Assembly: GCA_964234715.1 (NCBI GenBank)
Contig: OZ174283.1
Direction: 5' to 3' (one strand)
Length of the DNA stretch: 64,000 bases
Source of the DNA: Podarcis melisellensis
Taxonomy: Eukaryota
Shown here piece by piece: positions 62,249 to 64,000 of this stretch (the stretch's first letter is position 1; every line of letters begins with the position of its first letter). The notes beneath the pieces are model-generated. The model saw only the letters and a list, made by a program, of their open reading frames with translations, made no database searches and had not been told where the DNA came from. A program made the position numbers and the translations under genes.

Positions 62249-64000
62249 TTACTTCAGACCCATTTCTTCACAAAAGTTTTCATGCCGCTGAAACCCAAGC
62301 GGTTTTGTAAAACCATCAGCTTGATTTTCATGACTGGGACAGTAATTTAATTTAACGATTCCTGCTTTTACCGTTTGACAAACATTTTGAAAGCGGATAT
62401 CCAAATGTTTTGTACGACCTTTAAACTGCCCATTTTGTGCTAACTTAAGACACGGTTGATTATCACCCCATACAGTGATTGGAGTGATGGCCTTTTCATA
62501 CATCTCTTGTGCCAAGCATTTGTAAAATTCTAGATCTCTACATAACTCAGATAAGGCACAGAACTCAGCTTCTGTTGACGACAAAGCAATCAGGTTCTGT
62601 TTCTTGGATCTCCACCCAATCAGAGAGTTACCAAATTTTATTACACAGCCAGACACTGATTTTCTATCCTTTAAATTTGCCCAATCACTATCTGCAAAAC
62701 AAGTAATCTGTGCTTGTCCTTCAGAAGATAATTCCAGGCAAAAATCTTTGGTGTATTGTAAATATCTTAACACTCTCTGAATTCCTTTCCATGCATTTAC
62801 ACTAGGTTTTGAAGCTTCTCTGCTGAGTAAGTTAACAGCGTAAGCAATATCAGGTCTACTCCATTGAGAAAGATGAAGTAAGCTTCCCAGTGCTGACTGA
62901 AAGATTTCAGCACGCTTGAATTCAGCACTATCCTTGAACTCATTGTCTTTTACAAAACCCATTTCCATTGGTGTTCTAACACCTGCACACTCTGTCATGC
63001 CAAACTTTTTCAACATTTGCAATATCTTGCCTTTTTGATTCAGTAGAAAACTGCCATTTTTGGTCCTATCTATCTGAACACCAAGATAGACCTTCACATC
63101 ACCAAGATTCTTAACTTTGAAGTGTTTATTTAACTCTTTGGCTAGTTTTTTTACTTGTTCTTGTGTCTTTGAAGTATAAATCAGGTCATCTACATAAACA
63201 AGCAAAGATTCTTGGGCATCTCCTGAACCTCTGAAATATAAGCAATTGTCAGCCTTGCTCCTGCTAAAACCAATGCCTACCAAAACGTCATTCAAACACT
63301 CATTCCAATTATGAGCAGATTGCTTGAGTCCATAAATAGATTTATGTAGTTTCCATACCTGATTTGATTTACCAACTTTCAATCCTGGCGGTAGCTCCAT
63401 ATAGAGCTCTTCAGCCAAGTCTGAATGAAGATAAGCTGTTGAGACATCAAATTGATTCACTTTGAACCCTTTCTGAGCAGCAACTGCTAATAGTGCCCGT
63501 AGGGTTTCACTCCTTGCAGTGGGTGCATAGACTTCGGAATAATGTAACTCCTTTCTTTGCGTAAAACCTCGAGCTACAAGCCTTGCTTTGTACTCTGGTT
63601 TCCCCATCGCTGTTGTCTTTATCCTGTACACCCACCTACAACTTATTGCCTTGGCACCTTCTGGCAGTTTGGTGATGGAAAACACACCCAGTTCTTTCAT
63701 AGAATTTAACTCTTTTTGCATGGCCTCACGCCACCTACTGGCCTCCTCCTGGGGTAATTGCTCAACCTCCTCAAAACTTTCAGGTTCGCAATTTGCCAAA
63801 CCAGCCCAAACACTAATAGCTTGGTACCTTTCAGGTTTACCTTTGTTGGTACGCTTGGAACGCCTTAACGGTTCCTGTGATGTTCCTTCAGTTTCCCCCT
63901 CTGACCCAGAATCACTAGTCGTCACCTGTTTGTCACTAGTAGTTGAAGAACTTTCTGATTCTGACTTTGCACGTCTCTCTTGCTGCACAGGTGAACTTTT
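62249..64000 (-). CDS. pol: Ty1/copia pol polyprotein (integrase-RT linker, RT, RNase H); partial, continues beyond the window
   Basis: Uninterrupted frame with RRSKR linker, WREAMQKE, YKARLVARG, QFDVSTAYL, LHKSIYGLKQSAHNWN, YVDD (63185-63196), RPDI, ADSDWA, SSTEAE, DNQ, KHLDIR and ADGFTK. Confidence 0.97.
   Translation of the reverse strand, partial: KSSPVQQERRAKSESESSSTTSDKQVTTSDSGSEGETEGTSQEPLRRSKRTNKGKPERYQAISVWAGLANCEPESFEEVEQLPQEEASRWREAMQKELNSMKELGVFSITKLPEGAKAISCRWVYRIKTTAMGKPEYKARLVARGFTQRKELHYSEVYAPTARSETLRALLAVAAQKGFKVNQFDVSTAYLHSDLAEELYMELPPGLKVGKSNQVWKLHKSIYGLKQSAHNWNECLNDVLVGIGFSRSKADNCLYFRGSGDAQESLLVYVDDLIYTSKTQEQVKKLAKELNKHFKVKNLGDVKVYLGVQIDRTKNGSFLLNQKGKILQMLKKFGMTECAGVRTPMEMGFVKDNEFKDSAEFKRAEIFQSALGSLLHLSQWSRPDIAYAVNLLSREASKPSVNAWKGIQRVLRYLQYTKDFCLELSSEGQAQITCFADSDWANLKDRKSVSGCVIKFGNSLIGWRSKKQNLIALSSTEAEFCALSELCRDLEFYKCLAQEMYEKAITPITVWGDNQPCLKLAQNGQFKGRTKHLDIRFQNVCQTVKAGIVKLNYCPSHENQADGFTKPLGFQRHENFCEEMGLK

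Noticed and set aside
63986-63988. Start codon of the 579-aa ORF
   Set aside because: It is an internal GTG; the frame stays open to the window edge.
1-64000. CRISPR arrays, operons and rRNA genes
   Set aside because: Vertebrate DNA; no regularly spaced repeat-spacer array or rRNA-like sequence seen.

Overview
Vertebrate genomic DNA from a squamate, most likely a lacertid lizard. The taxon is inferred from the repeat content: Sauria SINE, BovB, Squam3-type SINE, and lizard L2/CR1 and hAT/Tc1 MITEs. The window looks intronic or intergenic, and I recognise no host protein-coding exon. It is a mosaic of mobile elements: four 5'-truncated BovB copies, L1, L2, CR1, RTE, Rex1 and Penelope fragments, SINEs, solo LTRs and many MITEs, often nested and with readable target-site duplications (TSDs). 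Unique AT-rich stretches lie between them. The main points of interest are: (1) the 3' half of an apparently intact Ty1/copia provirus at 61962-64000 (minus strand; RT-RNase H ORF, PPT, 3' LTR); (2) a complete 1.86-kb, TSD-flanked, poly(A)-tailed retroposon at 36760-38616 with L1-like ends, one open 196-aa coiled-coil ORF and no RT; (3) a 178-bp circularly permuted inverted copy of adjacent DNA at 1144-1321, consistent with re-integration of a microDNA circle; (4) two candidate 5'-UTR exons ending in ATG|GTAAGA near 14.3-14.75 kb; (5) a strong CTCF-like site at 58022. Family names come from my recall of consensus sequences, not from database searches.
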